Source of the DNA: Actinomycetota bacterium
GTDB lineage: Bacteria; Actinomycetota; JBBINU01
Direction of reading: 5' to 3'
DNA length: 64,000 bases
NCBI GenBank assembly: GCA_037443725.1
Contig: JBBINU010000005.1
Coordinates: 45,334 to 109,333, forward strand
The notes below the pieces were generated by a model. The model worked only from the letters and a program-made list of their open reading frames with translations. It was not told where the DNA came from and made no database searches. Both the position numbers and the translations under genes were made by a program. This document shows, in pieces, positions 1 to 9,708 of the stretch (within the stretch, counting starts at the first letter, position 1; each line of letters starts with the position of its first letter).

Positions 1-267
1 CAGGATCACTGGTCTTCCCCTCTTTAGCTCCGCAGCGACGGTGGTAGCGTCCTCCAGCCTCTCGGGGCGGAAGGGGACAATACGAAGCCCCGCTTCCTGG
101 GGCTTCTCAGCGGTCTCCACTGTCTGGGGCCTGGGAGGCGTGAGTGGCCTGACCGTGGCCGTCTCTTCGACAGCCCTGGGCTCATAGGAACTGAGCAGGG
201 TCTCCTCCTCGTCCACCTCATCAGCCAGGCCTATCCAGGCCAGGAACCTTCTCCACGCCCCGGCCAT
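1..267 (-). CDS. sepF: Cell division protein SepF (3' end truncated by window edge)
   Basis: Minus-strand translation from ATG 267..265 gives MAGAWRRFLAWIGLADEVDEEE...LRIVPFRPERLEDATTVAAELKRGRPVIL, the typical SepF N-terminus and core. The start shares one base with the yggS stop (TGATG). It sits in the conserved ftsZ-pgeF-yggS-sepF context. Confidence 0.7.
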   Translation of the reverse strand, partial: MAGAWRRFLAWIGLADEVDEEETLLSSYEPRAVEETATVRPLTPPRPQTVETAEKPQEAGLRIVPFRPERLEDATTVAAELKRGRPVIL

Positions 268-992
268 CACGCCCTCCCTCCGAAGATCGCCCTGCCAATC
301 CGCACCACCGTGGCCCCTTCCTCCACCGCCACCTCAAAGTCATCGCTCATGCCCATGGACAGCTCCGTCACCTCCGGGTGCTCTCGCGCCGCCCTCTCCC
401 TGAGGCGCGCCAACTCCCGGAAGACCCAGCGTACATCTTCGGGGTGCCGAACCGCCGGCGCGACCGTCATTAGCCCCACCACCCGCACCCACCTGCACCC
501 CGCCGCCCTGTCAAGAAAGTCAGGGAGCTCTCGGGGAGACAGGCCGTGCTTGCTGGCCTCGCCCGCCACATTTACCTCCACGAAGGCCCTCATCTCCTTG
601 CCGAGTCTCTCGCCTTGGACCTCCAGCTCCTCCAGGAGGGAGGGCCGATCGAGACTGTGCAGCGCCACACAGGTCTTCATAACCTTCTTGGCCTTGTTGG
701 TCTGAAGGTACCCCACGAAGTGCCACCGGGCGCCCGGAAGCTCGGGTACCTTGGCCATGAGCTCCTGAACCCGGGACTCCCCCAGCTCCTCGGCACCGAG
801 TTCCAGGATGGCCTTGAGGGCCGGCACTCCCACACCCTTGGTCACCGGGAGGACCCTGACCTCCCGCGGGTCCCGCCCGACCCGCCGGCACGCCGCCTCC
901 ACCCTCAAAAAAACGGCTTCCAGCCGCCGCCTTAGTTCCTCCCTCCACGCCCCCTCAGACGCCGTCTCCAGCCTCGCAGCGGCTTCCGACAT
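267..992 (-). CDS. yggS: YggS-family pyridoxal-phosphate homeostasis protein (alanine-racemase-N fold)
   Basis: Internal Met start MSEAAARLE... of ORF 267..1250. The fold is conserved (VTKGVGVPALKAILELGAEELGESRVQEL...HFVGYLQTNKAK...LMTVAP). ATGA overlap with pgeF stop. Confidence 0.8.
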   Translation of the reverse strand: MSEAAARLETASEGAWREELRRRLEAVFLRVEAACRRVGRDPREVRVLPVTKGVGVPALKAILELGAEELGESRVQELMAKVPELPGARWHFVGYLQTNKAKKVMKTCVALHSLDRPSLLEELEVQGERLGKEMRAFVEVNVAGEASKHGLSPRELPDFLDRAAGCRWVRVVGLMTVAPAVRHPEDVRWVFRELARLRERAAREHPEVTELSMGMSDDFEVAVEEGATVVRIGRAIFGGRA

Positions 993-1729
993 CACCAGCC
1001 CACCGCCGGTCCTGCCACAGCAACGGCGGCCTGCCTCCCCGTCAGTCTGGAACGCCGGTGCGAGAAGAAACGCTCCTCCTGGCAGGCGGTGCAGAAGGGC
1101 AACGCTTCCACCCGCGCCACCCCAGCCTCCTTTAGCCACCGACGGGCGGCACCTCGCAGATCTAGAAAGGCCCGGCCGCGTCTTTTCACGCTGCCCGGGA
1201 AACGGCGCTCGAAAGCGGAGGCAACTTCCTCCCCCACCTCGTAGCAGCACGGCCCGATACAGGGGCCGAGGAGGGCGAGGTCCGCACTCCCCAGGGCCGA
1301 GAGGGCGCTCTTCAGAACCCCCGCGAGGAGCCCCCTCCAGCCGGCATGCACCACGGCGGCCTTCCCTTTCACGACCAAAACGACAGGGAGGCAGTCCCCC
1401 ACCAGAACCCCGGCAGCGCCCCTCTCCACCAGGACCGCATCCCCAGGCCTGCCGCCTCCCTCCCTCACCACCGCCTTTCCATGCACCTGCCGGGCAAAGA
1501 AGATGCCAGCTGTGCCGAGAGCCCTCGCTAGCCTGGAGCGGTTCTCCTGAACCAGCCGAGCATCATCCCCCGTCGAGAAAGAGAGGTTCAACTCCCTGTA
1601 AGGGCCGCTCGAGACCCCGCCCCTTCTCTCCGTAAAGACAGCCTCGATCCCGAGGCTCCGGGCAGCCGGGGACGTCAGAAGTGGGATGCCCTCTCGAATC
1701 TCCTCTTCCCAGGCCGAGACCAAACCCAC
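992..1729 (-). CDS. pgeF: PgeF/YfiH-family (DUF152) purine nucleoside phosphorylase / peptidoglycan editing factor
   Basis: 245 aa with the conserved Cys/His core (QVHGKAVV, GDCLPVVLVV, GWRG, CIGPCCYEVG). Immediately downstream of ftsZ, as in ylmD of Gram-positives. Confidence 0.75.
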   Translation of the reverse strand: MGLVSAWEEEIREGIPLLTSPAARSLGIEAVFTERRGGVSSGPYRELNLSFSTGDDARLVQENRSRLARALGTAGIFFARQVHGKAVVREGGGRPGDAVLVERGAAGVLVGDCLPVVLVVKGKAAVVHAGWRGLLAGVLKSALSALGSADLALLGPCIGPCCYEVGEEVASAFERRFPGSVKRRGRAFLDLRGAARRWLKEAGVARVEALPFCTACQEERFFSHRRSRLTGRQAAVAVAGPAVGW

Positions 1730-1747
1730 ACTCCTAGCGGCACTGGT

Positions 1748-2839
1748 CTATCGCCTGAGGAAGGAGGGGATGTCGAAGTCCTCCACCTCAGGGGCGGTCG
1801 TCCCCACCGCCCCGGACGGCTCCCCCGACTGGTCGAAACCGGTGGCAATCACAGTCACCCTGACCTCGGGGCCGAGGGAGTCGTCTATGACGGCTCCGAA
1901 GATGACGTTGGCTTCCGGATGAGCCGACTCAGCCACCAGCTCCGCCGCCCGCCTGGCCTCAAAGAGCTTGAGGTCGGAAGGGCCCGAAACATTAATGAGA
2001 ACACCCCTGGCTCCTTCCACCCGTGTCTCCACCAGAGGCGACGAGATCGCTGCCCTGGCCGCTGCCTCCGCCCGGCCCTCCCCCTGCCCCCGGCCGATGC
2101 CCATGAGGGCCGAACCGGCTCCCTGCATGATCTTCCTCACATCAGCGAAGTCCAGGTTGATCAGGCCCGGGGTGGTTATGAGGTCGGTTATGCCCTGTAC
2201 CGCCTGGAGCAGAACGTCGTCCGCGAGGCGGAAGGCATCCAGGACCGATGTCTCCTCACTCGAGATTTCCAGGAGGCGGTCGTTGGGAATGACGATGAGG
2301 GTATCCACCTTGTCCTTGAGTTCCGCTATCCCGGCCTCCGCCTGCCTCGCCCTGGTCCTTCCCTCGAAGGAGAAGGGTCTCGTGACCACGGCCACGGTCA
2401 GGGCCCCCAGCCTCCTTGCCACTTCGGCCACAACGGGGGCACCCCCCGTCCCCGTCCCGCCTCCTTCCCCGGCAGTGACGAAGACCATATCCGCCCCCTT
2501 CAGCGCCTCCTCGATTTCCTCGATGTGGGCCTCCACCGCCCTCTTCCCCACTTCCGGGTCGCTCCCCGCCCCCAGCCCCCGAGTGAGCTCCCGACCCACA
2601 TCAAGCTTCACATCAGCGTCGGACAGGAGGAGGGTCTGGGCATCGGTGTTTATGGCTATGAACTCCACCCCCCGGAGCCCTGCCTCCACCATGCGGTTGA
2701 CCGCGTTCACCCCGGCCCCTCCAACCCCGGCCACCTTAATCACGGCCAGGTATGCCTGCGGCATCGCCCCCATGGGTCCCTCCACGGCCCTTACCTTAAG
2801 GTTGAACTCGAACTTCTGCCCCTGCTCGGCTTTGGCCAA
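1748..2839 (-). CDS. ftsZ: Cell division GTPase FtsZ
   Basis: [17 protein letters not shown] and [14 protein letters not shown] tubulin signature. C-terminal DIPSFLRR peptide. Confidence 0.95.
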   Translation of the reverse strand: MAKAEQGQKFEFNLKVRAVEGPMGAMPQAYLAVIKVAGVGGAGVNAVNRMVEAGLRGVEFIAINTDAQTLLLSDADVKLDVGRELTRGLGAGSDPEVGKRAVEAHIEEIEEALKGADMVFVTAGEGGGTGTGGAPVVAEVARRLGALTVAVVTRPFSFEGRTRARQAEAGIAELKDKVDTLIVIPNDRLLEISSEETSVLDAFRLADDVLLQAVQGITDLITTPGLINLDFADVRKIMQGAGSALMGIGRGQGEGRAEAAARAAISSPLVETRVEGARGVLINVSGPSDLKLFEARRAAELVAESAHPEANVIFGAVIDDSLGPEVRVTVIATGFDQSGEPSGAVGTTAPEVEDFDIPSFLRR

Positions 2840-2922
2840 CCTTACACAGCCATCCCTTGAGGGTCAAGCTTCTCCTCGACCTTCCCGACCCGCCATCCGA
2901 ACCGCTCTCGCAGGTTCAAGCC

Positions 2923-3705
2923 TCAGCGGGCGAGCCTGTACGAAGGGTACTGGGGCGCCCTCACGTCAATGTAAACGGGCACCTCCCCCCTTTCCTTGAG
3001 GAACTGGAGAACCTGCCTGAGGCTACGCTCCTTGGCCTCGAGGCCGTCTGGGCCGCCCAGAACCGCCTCCCACCCCTCCTTCGCGAGGACGGAAATCCTC
3101 TCCGGCCCCTCGACCTTCACCTCCCTTGCGGCCTCCCGCAGCCAGGGCCCCATCCCCGCGCTCAGCTCCACAGCCGCTCGGAGCGCCGGGTCCTCAACCA
3201 TTCCCCCCGGAGGGGGAAGGCTGCCGCCCCAGCGGAGGAGGGGAAGGGAAGGAAATGCGGCACCGGGGAGGCGCGGGAGAAGAAAGCCATCGTCCGAGAG
3301 AAAGTCTCCCCCTTCGACCCTTAGGACCGGTTCCCTCTCGACCACCCTGAGAACCACCCTTCCGGAGAGACCCCTCCCGACGGTGGCCTCCCGAATCCAG
3401 GGATCGCGAAGGAGGGAGAGCCTCACCCTCTCGGCCTTCAGATCGATCAGGGGCATCCCTGGACTCACCCCTGCCTCCAGGGCGACCCTCTCGGAAGGCA
3501 GGTACTGGTTCCCCACCACCTCCACCTCCCGGACCACCAGGTGGCCCGAGAAGGGGAGCCACACCAGAAGTGCGAGGACTGCAGCGCCTCCAAGCAGGCC
3601 AAGGCGCCCGCGCCAACCCCGTCCCCGCCCGGCCCCTCCCCACCCCAGCGTCCCGGATCCCGGCCCTCCAAGCTTCACCTGCACGTGAAGGGTCCGAGGA
3701 GCCAC
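2923..3705 (-). CDS. ftsQ: Cell division protein FtsQ/DivIB (POTRA domain)
   Basis: 260 aa with an N-terminal TM segment followed by a POTRA-like VREVEVVGNQYL... region. Sits between murB and ftsZ with no ftsA. Confidence 0.7.
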   Translation of the reverse strand: MAPRTLHVQVKLGGPGSGTLGWGGAGRGRGWRGRLGLLGGAAVLALLVWLPFSGHLVVREVEVVGNQYLPSERVALEAGVSPGMPLIDLKAERVRLSLLRDPWIREATVGRGLSGRVVLRVVEREPVLRVEGGDFLSDDGFLLPRLPGAAFPSLPLLRWGGSLPPPGGMVEDPALRAAVELSAGMGPWLREAAREVKVEGPERISVLAKEGWEAVLGGPDGLEAKERSLRQVLQFLKERGEVPVYIDVRAPQYPSYRLAR

Positions 3706-3736
3706 CCCTGCTCGCCCTCTCCCTGGTTCCTCGACT

Positions 3737-4717
3737 TCATTCCTCGACTTCGGGGAAGTTGCCGAGGAGTCTCACCTCGGGCTCGAGTTTCACTCCCGCC
3801 CTCTCCTCGGCCAGCCTCATGAGGGCGCGAATGAGACGGTAGACGTCGGTGGCGGTGGCACCCGGGGAGACCACAATGAAGTTGGCATGGACCTCGCTCA
3901 CCCTCGCCCCGCCCACGGCCATTCCCTTGACTCCCAGGCGATCCAGGAGCTCGCCGGCGGCGACACCTTCAGGGTTTATGAACACGCTCCCGCAGTTCGG
4001 AGATGAGATGGGCTGGTGCTCTCTCCTCCAGGCCCGGTATGCCTCTATCCGTCCCAGAGCCTCCTCGGGACGGCACGGGCTTAACCGAAACCGGGCCGAG
4101 GTGACCACCGATCCCGCGGGCAGCCCCGAGCTCCTGTATCCGAGGGCGAGCTCCTCCTGGCGGAGGGTGACCGACTGACCTTGGGGGACAAGGAAGACCC
4201 TAACCTCTTCCAGAACCTTCCCCATATCCTGGCCGTGGGCGCCCGCGTTCATGGCTACGGCCCCACCCACGGTGCCGGGAATGCCGGTGGCGAACTCCAG
4301 CCCACTCAGGCCTTTCTCCGCCGTCACCTCGGCCAGCACAGGCATCTTTACCGCTGCCCCCGTCTGGACCTCCTCTCCCCGCACTTCCAGGCTCCTCAAA
4401 CCGCTGCCCAGGCGGAGGAGGACCCCCGAAAACCCCTCATCGGAGACGAGCAGGTTGCTCCCGGCACCCAGGGGGAACCAAGGGACCTCGCTCTCCCTCA
4501 CCGCCACCGAGAAGGCGAGGAGGTCATCTTCGCTGGCCGCCTCGACCAGGAGGCCCACCCGCCCCCCCACCCCCAGAGTGGTGAGTCGTGCCGCCGGAAC
4601 ATCCCGCCTCACCTCGCCCTTGAGACGGTCCCGGAGGACCCGCTCGAGCCGGTCCAGGGCGCCCTTCACCCTCCCTCCCCCCGGAGCAACTCTAGAAGGC
4701 TCCGCCCCACCTGCCAC
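3737..4717 (-). CDS. murB: UDP-N-acetylenolpyruvoylglucosamine reductase MurB
   Basis: LTTLGVGGRV...PLGAGSNLLVSDEGF FAD-binding motifs. The 5' end overlaps the murC 3' end, so the true start is probably an internal GTG near 4690. Confidence 0.85.
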   Translation of the reverse strand: MAGGAEPSRVAPGGGRVKGALDRLERVLRDRLKGEVRRDVPAARLTTLGVGGRVGLLVEAASEDDLLAFSVAVRESEVPWFPLGAGSNLLVSDEGFSGVLLRLGSGLRSLEVRGEEVQTGAAVKMPVLAEVTAEKGLSGLEFATGIPGTVGGAVAMNAGAHGQDMGKVLEEVRVFLVPQGQSVTLRQEELALGYRSSGLPAGSVVTSARFRLSPCRPEEALGRIEAYRAWRREHQPISSPNCGSVFINPEGVAAGELLDRLGVKGMAVGGARVSEVHANFIVVSPGATATDVYRLIRALMRLAEERAGVKLEPEVRLLGNFPEVEE

Positions 4718-6075
4718 ACGTCCCCAGCACCGAGGGTGACGACGACGTCCCCCGGAACCACTCTTGAGGCCAAATAGGCCCTGACCTCCCCCAGGCTCCT
4801 CAGGTACGCACCCCTCCTCCCGCCGGCCTCAAGGTAACCCTCGAGAACCAGACGCCCCGTTACCCCAGGAACCGGCTCCTCCCCCGCCGGATACACCTCC
4901 GTGATAACGGCCAGGTCAGCCAAGAGAAGGCTTCTACCCATCTCCTCGCCGAGCCTGGCCGTTCGGGAGAAGCGGTGGGGCTGGAAGACCGCGATGAGCC
5001 GTTCAGCCGGGCTGAGCCTCAGGGCCTCCAGGGTGGCCCGGATCTCGGCGGGGTGGTGAGCGTAGTCGTCCACCACCCTGACCCCGGCCGCCTCCCCCAC
5101 CAGCTCGAGCCTCCGCCTCACCCCCGAGAAGCTGGCAAGACCCTCGACCACGGCGTGAATATCAGCCCCCGCCGCGAGGGCCGCCCCGGCAGCGGCCAGA
5201 GCGTTCCTCACGTTCTGAATCCCCGGAACCCTTAGCACCGCTTTGGCGGAGGTTTTGCCCAGAAGGGGGGAGTTCAGCTTGAGCTCGAACCTCGAACCTC
5301 GAGGCTCCAGTACAAGCCCCTCAGCCCTGAGGTGGGCCCCCTCGCCGAGGCCGCAGGTGACCAGAGGAACCCTAGAGCCGTGGGAGGCCTCGGCCGCGCC
5401 GGGATCGTCGAGGCAGACCACCGCAACCCCCCTCGCCCGGAAGAGAAAGTCCCGGAAGGCCTGGAGCAGGGCCTCTCTCGACCCGTAGGCCTCAAGGTGG
5501 TCGTCGTCCACGTTGGTGACCACTGCCACCTCGGGAGAGAAGAGAAGAAAGGACCGATCGCTCTCGTCCGTTTCAACTACAAAGAGATCACCCTGGCCGA
5601 GCTCGGCGTTGCAGCCCGCCTCGTTCAGCTCCCCCCCCACGGCGTAGCTGGGAGAGAGCCCCGCCGCCTTGAGGACCGTAACCAGCATCGAGGTGGTGGT
5701 GGTCTTTCCGTGGGTCCCCGCCACGGCGATGCACCGCCCCCTCCCGGCCAGCCAGGCCAGGACCTCCGCCCTCCTCAAAACCGGAACTCCGAGACCCCGG
5801 GCCCGGGAAAGCTCGACATTTCGCTCGGGTATGGCGGAGGAGACAATCACCGCCTCGGCCCCCTCCACCAGCTCCGACCGGTGACCCACATGAACCTCGA
5901 TGCCTTCCTGGGCAAGGAGGCGGAGGTTCCTGGAGTCCTTGAGATCGGACCCGGAGACCTTGTAGCCGAGGGAATGAAGGAGTCTGGCCAGGGCGCTCAT
6001 GCCCGATCCGCCGATGCCCACCAGATGGACTCGGGTGGTGGATGAGAGAACTTCCCCCGCCTCCCTCATCCCCAT
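4666..6075 (-). CDS. murC: UDP-N-acetylmuramate--L-alanine ligase MurC
   Basis: HLVGIGGSGMSALARLL and GTHGKTTTTSM Mur ligase motifs. Confidence 0.9.
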   Translation of the reverse strand: MGMREAGEVLSSTTRVHLVGIGGSGMSALARLLHSLGYKVSGSDLKDSRNLRLLAQEGIEVHVGHRSELVEGAEAVIVSSAIPERNVELSRARGLGVPVLRRAEVLAWLAGRGRCIAVAGTHGKTTTTSMLVTVLKAAGLSPSYAVGGELNEAGCNAELGQGDLFVVETDESDRSFLLFSPEVAVVTNVDDDHLEAYGSREALLQAFRDFLFRARGVAVVCLDDPGAAEASHGSRVPLVTCGLGEGAHLRAEGLVLEPRGSRFELKLNSPLLGKTSAKAVLRVPGIQNVRNALAAAGAALAAGADIHAVVEGLASFSGVRRRLELVGEAAGVRVVDDYAHHPAEIRATLEALRLSPAERLIAVFQPHRFSRTARLGEEMGRSLLLADLAVITEVYPAGEEPVPGVTGRLVLEGYLEAGGRRGAYLRSLGEVRAYLASRVVPGDVVVTLGAGDVWQVGRSLLELLRGEGG

Positions 6076-7199
6076 CTCCGGTCCTTACGTGCCCCCTTCG
6101 CAAGCTCCAGCACCCACCCCGCGACTTCCCTCGCGGCCTCGGGGCGGGCCAGAGACCTGGCTGCGGCAGCCATGCCCTTGAGCCTCTCCTCGCTGGCCAG
6201 CATGGTCCCCACCTCCCTCACAAGAGCACCCGATTCCAGGTCTGCCTCGGGCAGGACCAAACCGGCACCCCGCTCCGCCCAGACCAGCGCATTGGCCGTC
6301 TGGTGGGCGAGGGCGTGGCGGTAGGGAACGAGAATGGCCGGCACACCTGCCACCGCCAGCTCCGCCAGGGTGGAACCGCCCGCCCGCGAGAGGGCGAGAT
6401 CCGCCGCGGCAAGAGCCAACTCCACACGGTCCAGGTACGGTACCACGTGGAGCCCGGGCCCGCCCCCTCCCTTCTCCAGGGCTGCCATGGTCTCGCCGTA
6501 GAGCCTCGTCCCTGACACCAGAAGGATCTCCGCTTCCCCGCTCCTTCCCAACTCCCTGGCCAGGGTGAGGGCCGCACGGTTGAGCGCCCTCGCCCCCTGG
6601 CTGCCCCCGAGAACCAGGACCAGCGGAGGACGGGAGTGAAGGCCGAGAGCCAGGCGGGCCTCCTCCTTCCCCAGCTCCTTCAGGCCCCGGAGAACCCGCC
6701 CGCGGACCGGGGTCCCCGTGTACCTCACCCTCCCCGGTGCGACCCCTCCAAGCCCGAGGGCGTGCAAGTCCACCGGGAGCCCCAGGCAGACGTGGGAGCC
6801 AAGGCGGAGGGCGAGGGAGGTCGCCCGACCCAGCCTGGCGTTGGGCTCGTGCAGCAGGATGGGGATGCCGAGGGCGCGGGCGGCCAGGATCGCCGGTACG
6901 GAGGCAAAACCGCCCGTGCTGAAAAGGGCAGCCACGCGCCTCGCCCTGAGGAACCGGAGAGCCTGAACCGAGCCGAGGAGAGAGACCGCCACACCGAGGG
7001 CGGCCCTCGGGCCCATCCCGACAACCCGGCCTGAGCTCACCCTCTGCACCCGCGCTCCCTGTGGCAACCAGCCGCCCTGCCCGGGAGGGATGAGGAACAC
7101 GGTCTCCACTCCTTCTTCTTCCAGAGCCTCGGCCACCGCCAGGGCGGGGAAGACATGCCCGCCCGATCCGCCGCAGGCCACGGCCACTACAACCCTCAT
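6066..7199 (-). CDS. murG: UDP-GlcNAc:undecaprenyl-PP-MurNAc-pentapeptide GlcNAc transferase MurG
   Basis: Start at internal Met MRVVVAVACGGSGGHVFPALAVAEAL (G-loop). ATGA overlap with ftsW stop. The upstream 150 codons of the ORF are unlikely to be real. Confidence 0.9.
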   Translation of the reverse strand: MRVVVAVACGGSGGHVFPALAVAEALEEEGVETVFLIPPGQGGWLPQGARVQRVSSGRVVGMGPRAALGVAVSLLGSVQALRFLRARRVAALFSTGGFASVPAILAARALGIPILLHEPNARLGRATSLALRLGSHVCLGLPVDLHALGLGGVAPGRVRYTGTPVRGRVLRGLKELGKEEARLALGLHSRPPLVLVLGGSQGARALNRAALTLARELGRSGEAEILLVSGTRLYGETMAALEKGGGGPGLHVVPYLDRVELALAAADLALSRAGGSTLAELAVAGVPAILVPYRHALAHQTANALVWAERGAGLVLPEADLESGALVREVGTMLASEERLKGMAAAARSLARPEAAREVAGWVLELAKGARKDRRWG

Positions 7200-8314
7200 G
7201 GTTTGGTGGAAAGTCGTCCCCCCCGGGCGGAGGAGGCGTCCACGGCCAGGACGAAACCCAGCATCAGGAGGCTGGAGATGAGGGAGGAGACGCCGTAGCT
7301 CACCAGGGGCAGCGGGATGCCGGTCACCGGGAGAAGACGCAGGACAGCAGCGAGGTTGAGGAAGGCCTGGAGGGTGATGGCGGACGAGGCCCCGAGGGCG
7401 AGGAGGTATCCAAAGGGGTCCCGCGCTCTCATCGCCACCCTCCTGCCAAGGAGGAAGAGAAAAGTGTAGGCGAAGAGGGCGAGGGAGATGCCCATTAGGC
7501 CCATCTCCTCGCCAAGCCCCACGGCCGCGAAGTCCGTGTGGTTGTTGGGGACAAACCCCCATTTCCCCCTCCCGCCGCCGGGCCCCTTCCCGAAGAGCCC
7601 CCCAGATCCGAGGAAGACCGCGGCCTGTCTTACCTGGTAGCCACCTCCCCGTAACCACGTCTGGATCCTGGCAAAACGGTACGGCTCTATAACGGTTGCG
7701 ACCAGCCCGCCCGCAACCCCGAGAAGGGCGAGACCCAGCAGGACTCTCGCCTCAGCCCCGGAGAGAAAAAGAAGGAGCCACGCAAGGGCGGCAAGGAGAA
7801 CGGCCGTCCCTAGGTCACGCTGGAGCAAGGTGAGGAGGGCGAAGAGCCCGCTCCAGAGCAGCAGGGGGAGGAACCGCTTCCCCCCCGTGCCTTCCCTCGA
7901 GAGGGACCGAGATCCGAAAAGCACCAGCGCCACTTTGGCAAGCTCCGAAGGTTGGCCCTGTACGAAGCCGACCTGGATCCACCTGGTGGCCCCACCTGCA
8001 CTCCTCCCGAGGGGTGTGAAGACGGCGAGGAGGAGCAAGAGGCAGAAGACGAGAAAGAAAGGGGCGAGCCTCCTCAGCCTTCCTGGGCCGAGCCTCGCCA
8101 CCCCAAGGCAGCCAAGGAGGGCCCACGGAACATACGCCACCTGCCTGAGGAAGAGGGAGAAGGGACTCCGACCCTGGGAGACCGAGTAGGCCGAGCTGTT
8201 GGAAAGGATCAACCCCAGGCCTACCACCAGGAGGAAGAGGCCGGTGGAGAGGAATGCCCGGCCCTCCCTGGAGAGGGTTAGGAAACGCGCCCTCCGCATC
8301 CCCTTTCCCCTCAT
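7196..8314 (-). CDS. ftsW: SEDS-family peptidoglycan glycosyltransferase FtsW
   Basis: Polytopic membrane protein with FtsW/RodA conserved blocks (GEEMGLMG, PVTGIPLPLVSYGVSSL). Confidence 0.85.
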   Translation of the reverse strand: MRGKGMRRARFLTLSREGRAFLSTGLFLLVVGLGLILSNSSAYSVSQGRSPFSLFLRQVAYVPWALLGCLGVARLGPGRLRRLAPFFLVFCLLLLLAVFTPLGRSAGGATRWIQVGFVQGQPSELAKVALVLFGSRSLSREGTGGKRFLPLLLWSGLFALLTLLQRDLGTAVLLAALAWLLLFLSGAEARVLLGLALLGVAGGLVATVIEPYRFARIQTWLRGGGYQVRQAAVFLGSGGLFGKGPGGGRGKWGFVPNNHTDFAAVGLGEEMGLMGISLALFAYTFLFLLGRRVAMRARDPFGYLLALGASSAITLQAFLNLAAVLRLLPVTGIPLPLVSYGVSSLISSLLMLGFVLAVDASSARGGRLSTKP

Positions 8315-9705
8315 GCCTCCCCCCTTGCGAGCTCCGCCACGGCCCTCCGAAAAGCCTCCCCCCTCTCCCGGTAGTCCCGGAAGAGATCGAAGGATGCAGC
8401 TCCTGGAGCGAGAAGCACCACCCCCTCACCGCGGGCCAGCCTATAGGCGGCCCTGACGGCCTCCCCCATATCTCGAGCACGCCTCACCGGCACGCCCTCC
8501 AGCATGCCTTCCAGCACCGCCGCGGTCTCCCCCAGCAGGACCACCCCGCGGCACTCCTTGGCCGCCTGCACCATCGGTCTGAGGTCCAGGCCCTTGTTTC
8601 TCCCCCCCATAATGGCCACACACCCCGGGTACGCCCGGATGCTCTCCGATGCCGAGTGGGGATTGGTGGCCTTCGAGTCGTCCACGAACCTCACACCCCC
8701 CACCGTCCCCACCTCCTCGGCCCTGTGTTCCAGGGGCCTGAAAGAGGCCAACCCCGCCCTCAGGACTTCCTCCTGGAGCCCGAGGAGAAACCCAGCGGCC
8801 GCTGCCGCCACCGCATCCTCGAGGAAAGGACCCCTGGCCCACGGGGGGAGCTCGAGGCGGATCCCTGGCCCGACCACCTCCCCTCTTTCCACGCCGAAAC
8901 CACCATCGGGCGTGCCCCGAGAGAAGGGGGCAGCACGCTTCCCCTCCCTTCTCGCCCGGGAGGCCCTCCGCCGGCACCACCGGTCCGCACAGTTATAAAG
9001 GAGGGTCCCTTCCTTTCCAAGGAAGGCCAGGATCCTCGCCTTGGCACGGGAGTAGGCGAGGAGGCTGCCGTGCCAGTCCAGGTGGTCCGGGGCAAAGTTG
9101 AGGAGGACCACGAGGTCGAGGCGGAGGCGGCGGGCGTAGTACAGCTGAAAGCTGGAGAGCTCGAGGACAGCGGCATCGAGACGGGCCCCGGCCAGGGCGC
9201 TGACGGGCTCACCGATGTTCCCTATGGCCCTTGCCTCCAGCCCGCCGGCGCGGAGGAGGTGGGCAAGACAGGCTGCGGTGGTCGACTTGCCATCGGTCCC
9301 CGTGACTCCCACCACCTGGGCCGCCTCAATGAACTCCCACCCGAGGTCGAGTTCCCCCATGAGGGGGAGACCTTTTTGCCGGGCTGCCTTCACCGCAGGA
9401 TGCCGCGGGGGAAACCCGGGGCTCACCACCACCGCCGAAGCTTTCCTCAGGGCCCCGGGCAGGCGCTCAGGCCCCACCACCTCCCCCAGGCCCTCCTCCC
9501 CACCCCGATCGAGGCCCTCCTGCCCAGCCCGATCGTCGTAGAGGAGAACCCTCACCCCCAACCGCCCGAGGAGACGGGCGGCGGCTTTCCCGCTCACCCC
9601 GGCTCCAAGGACGAGCACGGTTCCTTCTCCGGGAGCGCCCGACTTCGCCCCCAAGAGAGGACGAGCCCGGGGGTGAGTCACGGTCTCCGGGCTTCGGCCA
9701 CCCAC
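8311..9705 (-). CDS. murD: UDP-N-acetylmuramoylalanine--D-glutamate ligase MurD
   Basis: VLVLGAGVSG Rossmann start, VTGTDGKSTT P-loop, DDSKATN. Confidence 0.85.
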   Translation of the reverse strand: MGGRSPETVTHPRARPLLGAKSGAPGEGTVLVLGAGVSGKAAARLLGRLGVRVLLYDDRAGQEGLDRGGEEGLGEVVGPERLPGALRKASAVVVSPGFPPRHPAVKAARQKGLPLMGELDLGWEFIEAAQVVGVTGTDGKSTTAACLAHLLRAGGLEARAIGNIGEPVSALAGARLDAAVLELSSFQLYYARRLRLDLVVLLNFAPDHLDWHGSLLAYSRAKARILAFLGKEGTLLYNCADRWCRRRASRARREGKRAAPFSRGTPDGGFGVERGEVVGPGIRLELPPWARGPFLEDAVAAAAAGFLLGLQEEVLRAGLASFRPLEHRAEEVGTVGGVRFVDDSKATNPHSASESIRAYPGCVAIMGGRNKGLDLRPMVQAAKECRGVVLLGETAAVLEGMLEGVPVRRARDMGEAVRAAYRLARGEGVVLLAPGAASFDLFRDYRERGEAFRRAVAELARGEA

Positions 9706-9708
9706 CTC

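Noticed and set aside
5283-5303. Tandem CTCGAAC CTCGAAC CTCGAGG heptamer repeat resembling half LexA sites
   Set aside because: It lies inside the murC coding sequence. It lacks the GTTCGA partner half-site. Most likely coincidental.
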